64,000 nt of DNA from Bacteriovoracaceae bacterium UBA6153 (GTDB lineage: Bacteria > Bdellovibrionota > Bacteriovoracia > Bacteriovoracales > Bacteriovoracaceae), in contig DIUR01000010.1 of NCBI GenBank assembly GCA_002428265.1, positions 3,639-67,638 on the forward strand. The letters run 5' to 3'. Numbering within the stretch: the stretch's first letter is position 1; every line of letters starts with the position of its first letter. A model generated the notes under the pieces. That model saw only the letters and a program-made list of their open reading frames with translations. It was not told the origin of the DNA and did no database searches. Of the stretch, positions 18,428 to 28,135 are shown one piece after another. Made by a program: the position numbers and the translations under genes.

Positions 18428-20455
18428 TTACAAAACTGATTTGGCCAGAATGGAAGCGATATCTTCAACTTCAAGGTTTTCCGTTTCCTTAACGTGAGCT
18501 TTCGACGAATTAAAGTTAATCATACAATAAGAACAGGCCGTAGCCAATTTGTTAACTTCTTTTTCACCAATGTCTTTAAGTCGGTTATTCGCAATATGCT
18601 CTCCTTCTGGAAGCTCATACCACATATTTCCTCCGCCCATTCCACAACAAAGGGCCTTATCTTTATTTCTTTCCATTTCTTTAATCTTAATTCCCTGAAT
18701 AGAATTTAAGATCGCTCTTGGAGCATTGTATTCACCGTGGTGACGGCCCAGGTAACATGGATCGTGGAAAGTTAGCTCTTCATTAATCGCTTTTTCTGGA
18801 TAAAGTTTTCCTTGGTCCAGAAGTTCAGCTAGTAATTCAGTATGGTGAACTGTTTCAAAAGCACCGTCTTCAAATTTTGCGTACTCTTTACCAATAGTAT
18901 GTAAACAGTGAGGGCAATGAGTGACGACTTTGCCGAAATCATATTGTCTCATGTTCGCAATGTTTTCGATGGCAATTTCATAGAAAGAATATTCATCACC
19001 AAATCTTCTAACAGGATCACCATTACATTTTTCTGTTTTACCCATAACTGCGAAGCTGACTCCAGCTTTTTTCATCATGGCGATCGTGTCTTTTACAACT
19101 TTTTGGTTTGATCCATCGTAAGATCCAGCGCAACCAACATAATATAAATAATCAACTTTTTTACCAGCTTCAATAACAGGTATGTTTAGGCCATCTGCCC
19201 ATTTAAAGCGATCTTGTTGAGAAATCCCCCAAGGGTTACCTTGGTTCTTAATTTTGTTAATAGCATCGCCCGCCGCTGGAGGAATGTCTCCCAAGGTAAG
19301 GGCCTTGTAGCGTTTTGCTTCCATGATGATTTGAACGTGCTCAATATTAGAAGGACATTCTTCCATACAAGCACCACAAGTCGTACAGGCATCAAGTTCA
19401 TTAGCTGAATAAATTGGATTTTCACCCCAGATTTCAGCATCTGTCTGACCGCTTGCCTGAGTAGCAAATGAAAGGTCGCGAGCTTTAGTAATAATTTTTT
19501 TAGGATCAAGAATTTTTCCAGCAAGATTAGCAGGACAGACTTGAGTACAACGTCCACATTCAACACATGAAAGTAGATCGAAGTTATTTTTCATTGTAAG
19601 TTCAGAAAGTTTGCCTAAACCAAAAGTTTCAGCGCTTTCATCTTCAAAGTTCATTGGCTTTAATACACCACCTCTTTTTGGAGGAGTGATTAAAGAAGCA
19701 ACTGGCAATAAGAAAATGTGTGAAAACTTTGAATAAGGAATTGTTGCGATAAAGACCATTGTGTTGGCCATGTGTAAGAACCAAAGTGTTCTAAAGCTAT
19801 AAGCTAGAGTTGCATCACTCATATTAAAGTAACCAAATAGACTAGCTAGTGCCCAGCCAACAGGAGACCATACTGATTCATTGATTGGCATGTTGTTACC
19901 AAGGATTCTTAATCCTTCAATCAAATAACCAATAACAACAAGAAGAATCAACATGGTGTACATGAAAAGCTCTTGCTTAGGTTTTGTCGCTTCAAGATAA
20001 GCTGGCTTTTTAATATAGCGGCGGTGGTAAGCAAATCCGATTCCTACGAGAATCATAATCCCTGCAACATCAGCTAAAAAAGAAACAACAATATAAGTTG
20101 TTCCCTGGAAAACTTTTAAGGGAGTATCGTAATGAACAGCAACTAAGTCAGTGGCAATCCAAAGAATAAAAAATCCGTAAAAAATTAATCCGTGAAAAAA
20201 TCCTACATATTTAAAGCGAGGAACTTTTCCTGTCAGTAATGACGTGTGAAAAAATCTGGCCCAGTTTAATTTTTCAGGAAGCAGACCAGGAATACCTTTT
20301 ACTCCCTGTCCTTTAGTAACGAACAATAATTTTTTATACATACCTGTGGCCAGAAAACCAAGGCTGATTAAAAACATGCCGTACATGATGAATTTAAAAA
20401 CGTGTGGAATGTTCCACATGATTTCTCTGGTGGCGAGTGTACTTACCTCTCCCAT
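18428..20455 (-). CDS. membrane-bound Fe-S oxidoreductase (FadF/HdrD-GlpC-like: TM domain, 2x[4Fe-4S], two CCG domains)
   Basis: CVECGRCTQVCP, CTTCGACMEECP, FHDPCYLGR and CCGMGGG motifs; N-terminal TM helices; GGAG RBS. Confidence 0.9.
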   Translation of the reverse strand: MGEVSTLATREIMWNIPHVFKFIMYGMFLISLGFLATGMYKKLLFVTKGQGVKGIPGLLPEKLNWARFFHTSLLTGKVPRFKYVGFFHGLIFYGFFILWIATDLVAVHYDTPLKVFQGTTYIVVSFLADVAGIMILVGIGFAYHRRYIKKPAYLEATKPKQELFMYTMLILLVVIGYLIEGLRILGNNMPINESVWSPVGWALASLFGYFNMSDATLAYSFRTLWFLHMANTMVFIATIPYSKFSHIFLLPVASLITPPKRGGVLKPMNFEDESAETFGLGKLSELTMKNNFDLLSCVECGRCTQVCPANLAGKILDPKKIITKARDLSFATQASGQTDAEIWGENPIYSANELDACTTCGACMEECPSNIEHVQIIMEAKRYKALTLGDIPPAAGDAINKIKNQGNPWGISQQDRFKWADGLNIPVIEAGKKVDYLYYVGCAGSYDGSNQKVVKDTIAMMKKAGVSFAVMGKTEKCNGDPVRRFGDEYSFYEIAIENIANMRQYDFGKVVTHCPHCLHTIGKEYAKFEDGAFETVHHTELLAELLDQGKLYPEKAINEELTFHDPCYLGRHHGEYNAPRAILNSIQGIKIKEMERNKDKALCCGMGGGNMWYELPEGEHIANNRLKDIGEKEVNKLATACSYCMINFNSSKAHVKETENLEVEDIASILAKSVL

Positions 20456-20607
20456 AGTGTCTCCTAAAATAACGCGAGCAAATTAGTCTGATATTCAATG
20501 TTTTGATCCCTTTTAGAATAGATGAGAATCCCAAATATTTAAATGAGAAATTTAGTTAAATAAGGCATAATAAAAATCCCAATAGCAATTTAGATTGGAC
20601 GATTTAA

Positions 20608-21642
20608 ATGAAAATATTTTTAGTTACAGTATTGTCTTTTTTCACTCTGAGCTGCGCAAGAGTTCAGACACTCAATCTTAAAGAGCATGCCTATTCTGAA
20701 AGACCCAACCATGTCATTTGGATTCAAATTGCCGGCTTTTCAGAAGAGCATATTCCATTATTACGTTTTAATGTTTCGGAAGCGGCCAATAAAACGAGCA
20801 TGGAGCAAATGGATTGTGTAGGTAAGATGTGGAATTTTAATTTATTCCAGCTGCGACCTGAAGCAAGTAGAAGTTTTTTGTCACAAAGCAATGGCTCAAA
20901 AAATATTAGCGGGACATGTGAAGACTATGCAGTTAAACCAGCGTGGAGCTACATGCAGGATATTAATTACGCTACGGCCATAATGGAAACAGGAGCAGGT
21001 ACTGAGCAAAGCTTAGAAAAAGCGTTAGGCTGCCCAAACAATATAACTCTCGATACACATAAAACTCGCTTCTACAAAATGGGCCCGGAAGTCACACCAG
21101 TACATAAATCTTTTCACTATCAGGATTCCCCAGAAATGGTGCAGGAGTCTAATAAGCCTGGAATGTATTACGACAGGTCATGCCAGAAAGGTATCTGTTA
21201 TTCGACACTTTCAAATAATTTTAAAACGGTTTGGACTTCGCTTACCAAAGTTCAGAGAAAAACGTTTTTTGTAGTTCGCGATTTTAATTTCCAAAAAGGG
21301 TTGAAGAAAAAAGACTTGAGCTTTGCTAAAGAATCTCTTCTGGAAATTGACCGCATTGTCTCTATGCTTGAAGGACAAAAGCCAGGTGAAACTTTAATTA
21401 TTATCAGTGGGGCCGAGTCGCTTCCTATTGAATTTCCACTTCAAGGCAAAGAGTGGTCTGATTTTGAAAAGAGCGGAAAAAATATTATTTATAAAAACTC
21501 TTCTTTGATGTCTCCGGTAATGGCAAGAGGAGCAATGGCAGAAAATTTTTGTGGAATTTTTGAAGAATCAGAAATGTTAAAAAGAACGATTTATAAACCA
21601 GAAGCTAAGAAATTTAACTGGGATAGTGTGAACCCTTTTTAA
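20608..21642 (+). CDS. lipoprotein with an alkaline-phosphatase-like fold, degenerate active site
   Basis: Lipobox TLSC (Cys16). The segments HVIWIQIAGF, FFVVRDF and ETLIIISGAE follow AP core strand order. Confidence 0.55.
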   Translation: MKIFLVTVLSFFTLSCARVQTLNLKEHAYSERPNHVIWIQIAGFSEEHIPLLRFNVSEAANKTSMEQMDCVGKMWNFNLFQLRPEASRSFLSQSNGSKNISGTCEDYAVKPAWSYMQDINYATAIMETGAGTEQSLEKALGCPNNITLDTHKTRFYKMGPEVTPVHKSFHYQDSPEMVQESNKPGMYYDRSCQKGICYSTLSNNFKTVWTSLTKVQRKTFFVVRDFNFQKGLKKKDLSFAKESLLEIDRIVSMLEGQKPGETLIIISGAESLPIEFPLQGKEWSDFEKSGKNIIYKNSSLMSPVMARGAMAENFCGIFEESEMLKRTIYKPEAKKFNWDSVNPF

Positions 21643-22475
21643 GATTCAAATTCTTCGCGAGTTAATAGATAGCTCGTTTTACAGTAATCACATTTAGTTT
21701 CGATGTGCGCTTCATGGGGTTCAAATACAGAATCCATTCCACTAGACCAGACAATTGAGCGAACACCTTCAAACATGCGCTCTCTAGAGCAAGTACATTT
21801 AAATTTAATTTCCTTAGACCCTAGGAAAATTAATCCTTCGGATTCAAATAAAGACTGAATGTCAGATTGCTCAGTTGTCCCAACTTCATAAAGTTTGCTG
21901 ACTTTTTCTTCAAGACGGCCCCAGTATTCAGAAATGCTTAAAACGTAATTCGTTCTTACTCTATTAACATTAATTTCTGGAAGTTTTTGAATCATTAAGC
22001 TTTGGTCAGATGCTTGGCTTAAAAAGACTTCACTATTAACCTGGTACGATTCAGTTAAAATGCTGTTAACGACATTGTGAAAATCAACTTTATCCAATTG
22101 AATAATAGAGTTATGTGGCTGAAGTTCACCGGGAAGAAGTTTTACGATACGGCATTTTCCATCAATTGATTTTGGAAACTGGTTAAAGTCTTCAGGAATC
22201 AGAAGAGTTCTCATCTGGCCTTGATCACTCATTTCAATTTTTAAACGAAAATAGGGTTCATCTGAGTCAATGTAGACTCCAAGACCTTCACCTGGTTTTA
22301 AGAATGAAATCATTGGTTGAAGAGAAAGAATTGCGTCACGGTAATAATTAAAACCTGCACCTACCACAGAGTGGATAATGGCGAGGTCGTTGATCAACTT
22401 CTGACCTTCGAAGAAGTGGAGAGTGAAACCCTCATTTTGATCAATAAAACTATACAATCGACTTTCTGGAAGCAT
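21639..22475 (-). CDS. hslO: Hsp33 redox-regulated chaperone
   Basis: C-terminal zinc switch FKCTCSRER...KCDYC. Confidence 0.88.
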   Translation of the reverse strand: MLPESRLYSFIDQNEGFTLHFFEGQKLINDLAIIHSVVGAGFNYYRDAILSLQPMISFLKPGEGLGVYIDSDEPYFRLKIEMSDQGQMRTLLIPEDFNQFPKSIDGKCRIVKLLPGELQPHNSIIQLDKVDFHNVVNSILTESYQVNSEVFLSQASDQSLMIQKLPEINVNRVRTNYVLSISEYWGRLEEKVSKLYEVGTTEQSDIQSLFESEGLIFLGSKEIKFKCTCSRERMFEGVRSIVWSSGMDSVFEPHEAHIETKCDYCKTSYLLTREEFES

Positions 22476-22523
22476 AAAATATTTTTATCAGAAGTTCATA
22501 GGTTTGTCTTGGAGAAAAGCGTT

Positions 22524-24809
22524 GTGCTAGATGTAGTCTTTTATCAATCCAACCAAGATTTATTGCAGAAAATGGGGGATGAAAATCCACCATTGATTAT
22601 CTGCCCAAGTCCTCAGGTTGCTGATAACTTGAGAAGTCTTGCTCCAGAGCTAAATATCATTACCATTTCAAAATGGACAAGTGACCATCTTAAAACCTTG
22701 GGTCTAAAAAGGGCCAGAAAGTCTGAGCTTATGATTAAGCTTGCTCCAGTCTGGAGACATTATTTTCCAAGTGAAGGGACCTCTCTTTTTTTAGAGGCAT
22801 TTGAGCTCTTTACGGAGCTGCGCTCATACACACTGAATATTGAGTTACTAAATGAGTTTTTGGCAGAGCTAGACGAAACAACCAGAAAATCAATTCATAT
22901 TTTTTGGATTTATTTAGATCAACAGGAAATTATCGATGAACATCTTAGTTATTTAAAAGTGACTGAGTCTAAGAATCATCAAACTTTTTGGATGGTTGGA
23001 TTTAAGCACATGAGTGGTGTTCAAATCGATATGCTCAAAACAATCAGTGAGGAGCACTCAATCGTTGTATTGTTCCCACAATCAGTTTATTCAGAGTCCC
23101 TTCCAAATGACTGGATCAGATGGCTTTCTGCGGATGAAGTCATTAGAGAGAAGTCTCAAATTGATAAATCAGATATTAAGATAAATATTATCCCCAAAGG
23201 GAAAGCAAATGTTGTGCTTGAAAAGTTTTTTAATAAACATCCAGCATTCGATCTTGTTATGGCCGGAACTCAAATTGGTTTAGTGGCCCTTCAGGAAGCT
23301 CAAAAGAAGAAATCATTTTTTAAAACGACAGAAGACTTATTTTCTATTGAAATAGAATTGCTGACGCTTGAAATAAGATTGATTCTTAAAGAAAAAAAAT
23401 CTCTAAGCTCAGAAGAGTTGAATCTTTACCTGGAAGATCAAAAAAAGATCTCTATAAGCAGTGGCCAGTATAGAAAGTTTAAAACGCTAGAGCTGATGCA
23501 AGCAGCATTGGAGCTCTATTCTGAATTTCAGCCCAATATAGATGCATTTGCTATCGATATTCTGGAGTTTATTGTAGGTCTTAATTCACCAAGAGTTTCT
23601 TTATTGTCTCTAGAGTCTCATACTGAAAGAATGTTCATTGATATGAATGGACTTAACTTTAGAGATGAAGAAAGATCCATTGGTTTATTCGCGACAGTGA
23701 GTATGGGAGGCTTTAGGGCCAATGAAAGGATTCTCAGTGAAGCTATGACCAAAGCTTTGAGAGTCATAGGGCCAATTAAAAGAGCAGGACTTGATTTTCT
23801 TTTTCATAAGTATGAACTTCTATCGATTCTAAAAGATCAAAAGAATATTCTGCTCATTGAAGAGCAACTACTTGAGTCTGATTTATCATGGAGAGAAATT
23901 TTAAAGAATTTCAACCTTGTCGAGTATGACCTTGATGTTCATTATAAAATTAAAGAAGTTAAAGAGCATCTCAATGACAAGAAAAAGTCTGGACCTTTTA
24001 TTCAAACATACTTTTCAGCCTCTAGGCTTCAAAGCTTCATAGATTGCCCTCAGAAATATTATTTTAATTACATTGATAAGATAGATAATAGACCAGATGA
24101 AAGATCGGCCCTCGGGCCTGATGAATTAGGAAATTTGGAGCATAAAATTATTGCTGCGTATTTTGAAGAGAACGACTTTCAAAGCGAAGCAGAAGTTAGT
24201 ATTAAAAACCACCGAAAATCTTGTTTGAGAATTTTTAACGAGTACCTAATTGAGAGCAGTCTTATTCTGAATGAAACGGAAAAAGCGCGTAGTTATAATG
24301 AAATTATGCACTATACGCTCAATGGAATTGTTTTCCTTCATGAGTTAATGAAAACAAAAAAAGCTGTCTCAATCAAATTTGAAATACCTCTTAAGGAAAA
24401 TCCATGGATACTTAAAGGTTCTATCGATTGTTTAATTGAGCTAGGAAATAAAAAAGTTATAGTTATTGATTTCAAAAGATCTAGTAGTGCCGCCGGCACA
24501 AAGGCCGAGACTATTGAATTTAAAAAAATTCAAATGTGGGTTTACTTGCTTACACTAACTCATTCGGGGCAAGAAATAGATTCATTTGGTTATCTGAATT
24601 TAAGCGATATCAATGATGATAAGTTATTTTTTGATTCGGCTGATTCTGAAAAACTAATGACTGATTCAATGGATTCAGCAAAAGAAGTTATCGAAAAAGC
24701 TATTTCAGGAATTAAGACTGAAGTACCTTTTTTGCCAAGCCCCCGAGAAGCTAAAGTTTGTAGTTTCTGTGCCGTTAATCTCTTTTGTCTAAAAGGGGAG
24801 ACTCTATGA
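22524..24809 (+). CDS. addB: AddB-like PD-(D/E)XK nuclease subunit
   Basis: SASRLQSFIDCP, KGSID, VIDFKRS and C-terminal CSFC-x5-C. GTG 22524 has GGAG 9 nt upstream; the track start 22317 overlaps hslO. Confidence 0.8.
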   Translation: MLDVVFYQSNQDLLQKMGDENPPLIICPSPQVADNLRSLAPELNIITISKWTSDHLKTLGLKRARKSELMIKLAPVWRHYFPSEGTSLFLEAFELFTELRSYTLNIELLNEFLAELDETTRKSIHIFWIYLDQQEIIDEHLSYLKVTESKNHQTFWMVGFKHMSGVQIDMLKTISEEHSIVVLFPQSVYSESLPNDWIRWLSADEVIREKSQIDKSDIKINIIPKGKANVVLEKFFNKHPAFDLVMAGTQIGLVALQEAQKKKSFFKTTEDLFSIEIELLTLEIRLILKEKKSLSSEELNLYLEDQKKISISSGQYRKFKTLELMQAALELYSEFQPNIDAFAIDILEFIVGLNSPRVSLLSLESHTERMFIDMNGLNFRDEERSIGLFATVSMGGFRANERILSEAMTKALRVIGPIKRAGLDFLFHKYELLSILKDQKNILLIEEQLLESDLSWREILKNFNLVEYDLDVHYKIKEVKEHLNDKKKSGPFIQTYFSASRLQSFIDCPQKYYFNYIDKIDNRPDERSALGPDELGNLEHKIIAAYFEENDFQSEAEVSIKNHRKSCLRIFNEYLIESSLILNETEKARSYNEIMHYTLNGIVFLHELMKTKKAVSIKFEIPLKENPWILKGSIDCLIELGNKKVIVIDFKRSSSAAGTKAETIEFKKIQMWVYLLTLTHSGQEIDSFGYLNLSDINDDKLFFDSADSEKLMTDSMDSAKEVIEKAISGIKTEVPFLPSPREAKVCSFCAVNLFCLKGETL

Positions 24810-27800
24810 GTTCAGTTGTCAGGTCTCCTAATCCAGAACAGTTAATTGCTATTAATCATAATGGGGGAAAAATACTTTCTGCCGGAGCAGGCTCGGGAAA
24901 AACATTTGTTATTATCGAGCATATTATCACGTGGCTTGATCAGTTAAAAAACAAGACACCAGCAGCTGAATGGGCCCAAGTTATTCCATTTCAGTTACCT
25001 AAAGTTGTTTTGATGACATTCACCAAAAAAGCAGCTGGGGAAATGTCGATAAGAATGATGAAGAAGGTCGATGATCTATGCATTCTTCATGAGGACGATT
25101 CTGCGGGAGAGTTTTGGCAGATCATAAGACAATACCTAACAATGATGAATATCACGACGATTTCATCTTTTTGTCACCAACTCATCAGCCAAGGATACTT
25201 TGCTGAAGTTGGTAGTGATGTTCAAATTCTGTCAAATGTAGAGTTCAAAAATAAAATATCTAACCTTTTTAATCTTTGGTTTATTTCAAAAAATGCAAAT
25301 CTAGGCCAGGTGTTTCAGGCTAATTCTACAGCTTTGATAAATGCGATGATTGAAATCTATAATTCGCCTGAATTAAGACTTATGTGGAAAGAGCCACTTG
25401 TTAAAACCACGGCTGCGAATGAATTGAATGACTACATTGAAAAAGTTATTGTCACGCTTGAGCTTCAAGAATTATTTGATGACTCCATTGACCTTACAGC
25501 AGAGACCAAGGAAAAAGATAAAGGCTGGTTTACGCTACTGCAAAGTTTTGATCAGCTAACAAAAACTACCGGAAGTCTTTCTTCTGGAAATTTCAAAGAC
25601 TATGCACAATGGGCAACGAATATTGGAAGGCTTCCAGTTGCAGCGAAGGCCATGAGTGAAGATCAAAAAGAAGCTCTTGTTAAGGTTAAGTCGCTGGTGT
25701 CAGAAATAAGAGATATCCAGGAAGATTTTTTAAACTTCATTGAGCATTATGACATTTACTGGTCATGGGTTGAGACTTTCCAGGATGTTTATAATTACAT
25801 TGATCGCAATTATTTTATGGAAAAGGGATTTGCGTTCGCCGATCTCGAATATTATGCCTGCATTGGATTGAGAAATGCAGAGGCCAGAGAAAAAGTAAAA
25901 AGTCATTTTGATTATTTTATCGTAGATGAATTTCAGGATACATCATCTGTTCAGTACGAAATTTTGCGCCAGTTGATAGGTGGGGATCATAAGCGCTTAT
26001 TCTGCGTTGGGGATAAAAAGCAGGCCATTTATGGTTTTAGAGGTGGTGAACTTCTAGTTTTTAATCAATGCGCAGAAATGTTGGGAAGTGAAAATAATAT
26101 CTGGTTGAAAAATAATTTTCGCTCTCATGGAAAAGTTATCGATTTCAATAATCGCTTTTTTGAGCTGATCTTTCCATTAGGACATGGTTTTGAAGGGAGT
26201 GATCCTAACTCAGTTTTAATGGAAGCACAGACAATCCCCGACTCAAAGCAGTTTCATGGGGAAGTCGAGCGCTTAAAAACTGAAATCACCGGTCTTGAAA
26301 CGGATAAAAAATTAGATTTAGAATATTATGAAGCTCAGGCACTATTTCAAACTGTCAAAGAACTTTTGGCACGCGCAGAAATTGAAAATGTTTGTGTGTT
26401 ATACCGTAAACTAAAACCGAGCTCAATTCTTCTGGATCTTCTGGCCAGCGAAGAAATTCCATTCAGTGCACAGGTTAAAGTTGAATATGGCGAAGACCCA
26501 ATCATTAATCTCTTTTTAAGATCCATTGAATTAAAGCTAAACCAAAATGATCCTAAAAAATTGGCATCGACTTATTTTCTGATGAACACATTGCTTGAAG
26601 TCCTCGAAGTTCATGCTGATGTGAAAGTCATTCAAGAAAGTTTTCTTGGCGACCTGAATATTCTAGGTCTAAGAATGGGCTTTCATAAATTGGTTTATTC
26701 ATTAGGACTTAGTAATTCTCAATATCAGGAAAATAGTAAGCTCATTGACTCCATTTGCAGAGTTTGCAATGAAGACCCCATAAAAGTTTTTCATTTGCTC
26801 TCAAGTGAGAGTTCAGAAAAGTATTCCATGGAAGTTATGAATGGCGCTCGAGCAAAGAGAGTCATATTGATGTCCGCCCATGCCTCTAAAGGATTGGAGT
26901 TTGATGCTGTCTTGTTAGGTGGAATCCATAGCAATGGCTCGCAAATGGGAAAAACGGATACAATTGGTAAATTTCCAAAAAGCTTTCGTTGGAAGAGAGT
27001 TTATAACCAAAAGAAATTTTATAAATCTCCTACCTATTACTTAGAAGCTGAAATTGATAAAGCTAAAGAATTTTCTGAAAGCAAAAGGCTGCTTTATGTG
27101 GCCTGTACGAGAGCAGTTAAGTACTTGGGATGGATTGATTTGTGGGCCAATCTCGCGGGCAAAATAAAAGAAATCTCTACTGGTGCAAATCACTGGATCA
27201 CCGCCATGAGGCTAGGCCCGACTGATGAATTGTTGGTAACTGAAAAAAATATTCAGATTTCTAAAGTTGATGATTATAAGAATGTTGAAATCCCTTTGAT
27301 CTTAAAAGATTCTTTGGGACTTATTGCGGTAAAAGAACAAGCTCGTCTTGGAGTATTTGCTGAAACTTCGGTTACAAAGCTTGCTCACTTGTCTCAATGC
27401 CCTTTTAAATTTTATCTTTCAAATATTTGTAAAATTACTCCTCCAAAAGCTGGAGTTCCATCATTTCTTCTTTCAAACGATGATGAAGAAAGTATTGAAG
27501 AAGAAGAGATTTTCTATTCTTCTATGGAAAGGGGAACAAGAGTTCATGCCAATTTATCAAAACTACTATTAGGTGAAATGCTTATTGAAGACGTAGAACC
27601 TATGGAAAAAGATAAAGTAGAGTGGGTTTTAAATGAAGCTAAAAAGATTTCGCTAGAAAAAAATATTATCAGCGAAAAACAAATTAAATTCTCACTTTTT
27701 GGGCAGATGATCTCAGGGACACCTGATTTAATTTTTGAAAATGATGAAGAATTAATTGTCTGGGACTTTAAAACTGGAAGTCGGGATGAAGGCAATGAAG

Positions 27801-28063
27801 AGAGCTATTGGTTCCAGTTAATGAGCTATGCGTACGCCTATGCTAAGCTTAAGCAATTTACTCCGGAAAAAATGATACCCCTCACCTTGGTCTACGTAGA
27901 TCAAAAAAAGCTAGTCACAAAAGATTTAAATTTTTCTCAAATTAGTGCTTTTCTCTTTGAGAAATGGACAAAAACAGAGTCGCTTAATCAAGTAAATTAC
28001 TCTCATTGTAAGCATTGTGAGTACTCATCAATTTGCATTCACTATAAAAGTTCTGCTCCTTAG
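24806..28063 (+). CDS. addA: AddA-like UvrD/SF1 helicase-nuclease
   Basis: AGAGSGKT, DEFQDT, VGDKKQAIYGFRG, HASKGLEF, RLLYVACTRA and C-terminal WDFKTG; ATGA-coupled to the addB stop. Confidence 0.9.
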   Translation: MSSVVRSPNPEQLIAINHNGGKILSAGAGSGKTFVIIEHIITWLDQLKNKTPAAEWAQVIPFQLPKVVLMTFTKKAAGEMSIRMMKKVDDLCILHEDDSAGEFWQIIRQYLTMMNITTISSFCHQLISQGYFAEVGSDVQILSNVEFKNKISNLFNLWFISKNANLGQVFQANSTALINAMIEIYNSPELRLMWKEPLVKTTAANELNDYIEKVIVTLELQELFDDSIDLTAETKEKDKGWFTLLQSFDQLTKTTGSLSSGNFKDYAQWATNIGRLPVAAKAMSEDQKEALVKVKSLVSEIRDIQEDFLNFIEHYDIYWSWVETFQDVYNYIDRNYFMEKGFAFADLEYYACIGLRNAEAREKVKSHFDYFIVDEFQDTSSVQYEILRQLIGGDHKRLFCVGDKKQAIYGFRGGELLVFNQCAEMLGSENNIWLKNNFRSHGKVIDFNNRFFELIFPLGHGFEGSDPNSVLMEAQTIPDSKQFHGEVERLKTEITGLETDKKLDLEYYEAQALFQTVKELLARAEIENVCVLYRKLKPSSILLDLLASEEIPFSAQVKVEYGEDPIINLFLRSIELKLNQNDPKKLASTYFLMNTLLEVLEVHADVKVIQESFLGDLNILGLRMGFHKLVYSLGLSNSQYQENSKLIDSICRVCNEDPIKVFHLLSSESSEKYSMEVMNGARAKRVILMSAHASKGLEFDAVLLGGIHSNGSQMGKTDTIGKFPKSFRWKRVYNQKKFYKSPTYYLEAEIDKAKEFSESKRLLYVACTRAVKYLGWIDLWANLAGKIKEISTGANHWITAMRLGPTDELLVTEKNIQISKVDDYKNVEIPLILKDSLGLIAVKEQARLGVFAETSVTKLAHLSQCPFKFYLSNICKITPPKAGVPSFLLSNDDEESIEEEEIFYSSMERGTRVHANLSKLLLGEMLIEDVEPMEKDKVEWVLNEAKKISLEKNIISEKQIKFSLFGQMISGTPDLIFENDEELIVWDFKTGSRDEGNEESYWFQLMSYAYAYAKLKQFTPEKMIPLTLVYVDQKKLVTKDLNFSQISAFLFEKWTKTESLNQVNYSHCKHCEYSSICIHYKSSAP

Positions 28064-28091
28064 TTGCGAGTCATCACTCCTGTGTTAAAAT
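28064..28091 (+). promoter_or_regulatory. sigma70-type promoter of the glt-like cluster
   Basis: TTGCGA-16 nt-TAAAAT with an extended -10 (TGn). Confidence 0.5.
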
Positions 28092-28135
28092 AAATATAAA
28101 TTCTTAACCTCAATGGTTGGTTCATTAAAAGCAGG

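Noticed and set aside
20456-20607. FNR/CRP box upstream of the Fe-S oxidoreductase
   Set aside because: There is a TTGAT half-site without a matching ATCAA half at 4-nt spacing.
22317-22523. N-terminal extensions in the ORF track for addB, btuB (to 52152), the HtrA gene (to 56064), the OsmC gene (to 39686) and 41830
   Set aside because: They overlap divergent genes, a riboswitch or a terminator. For addB, btuB, HtrA and OsmC the downstream start has an RBS; at 41908 it gives a clean signal peptide.
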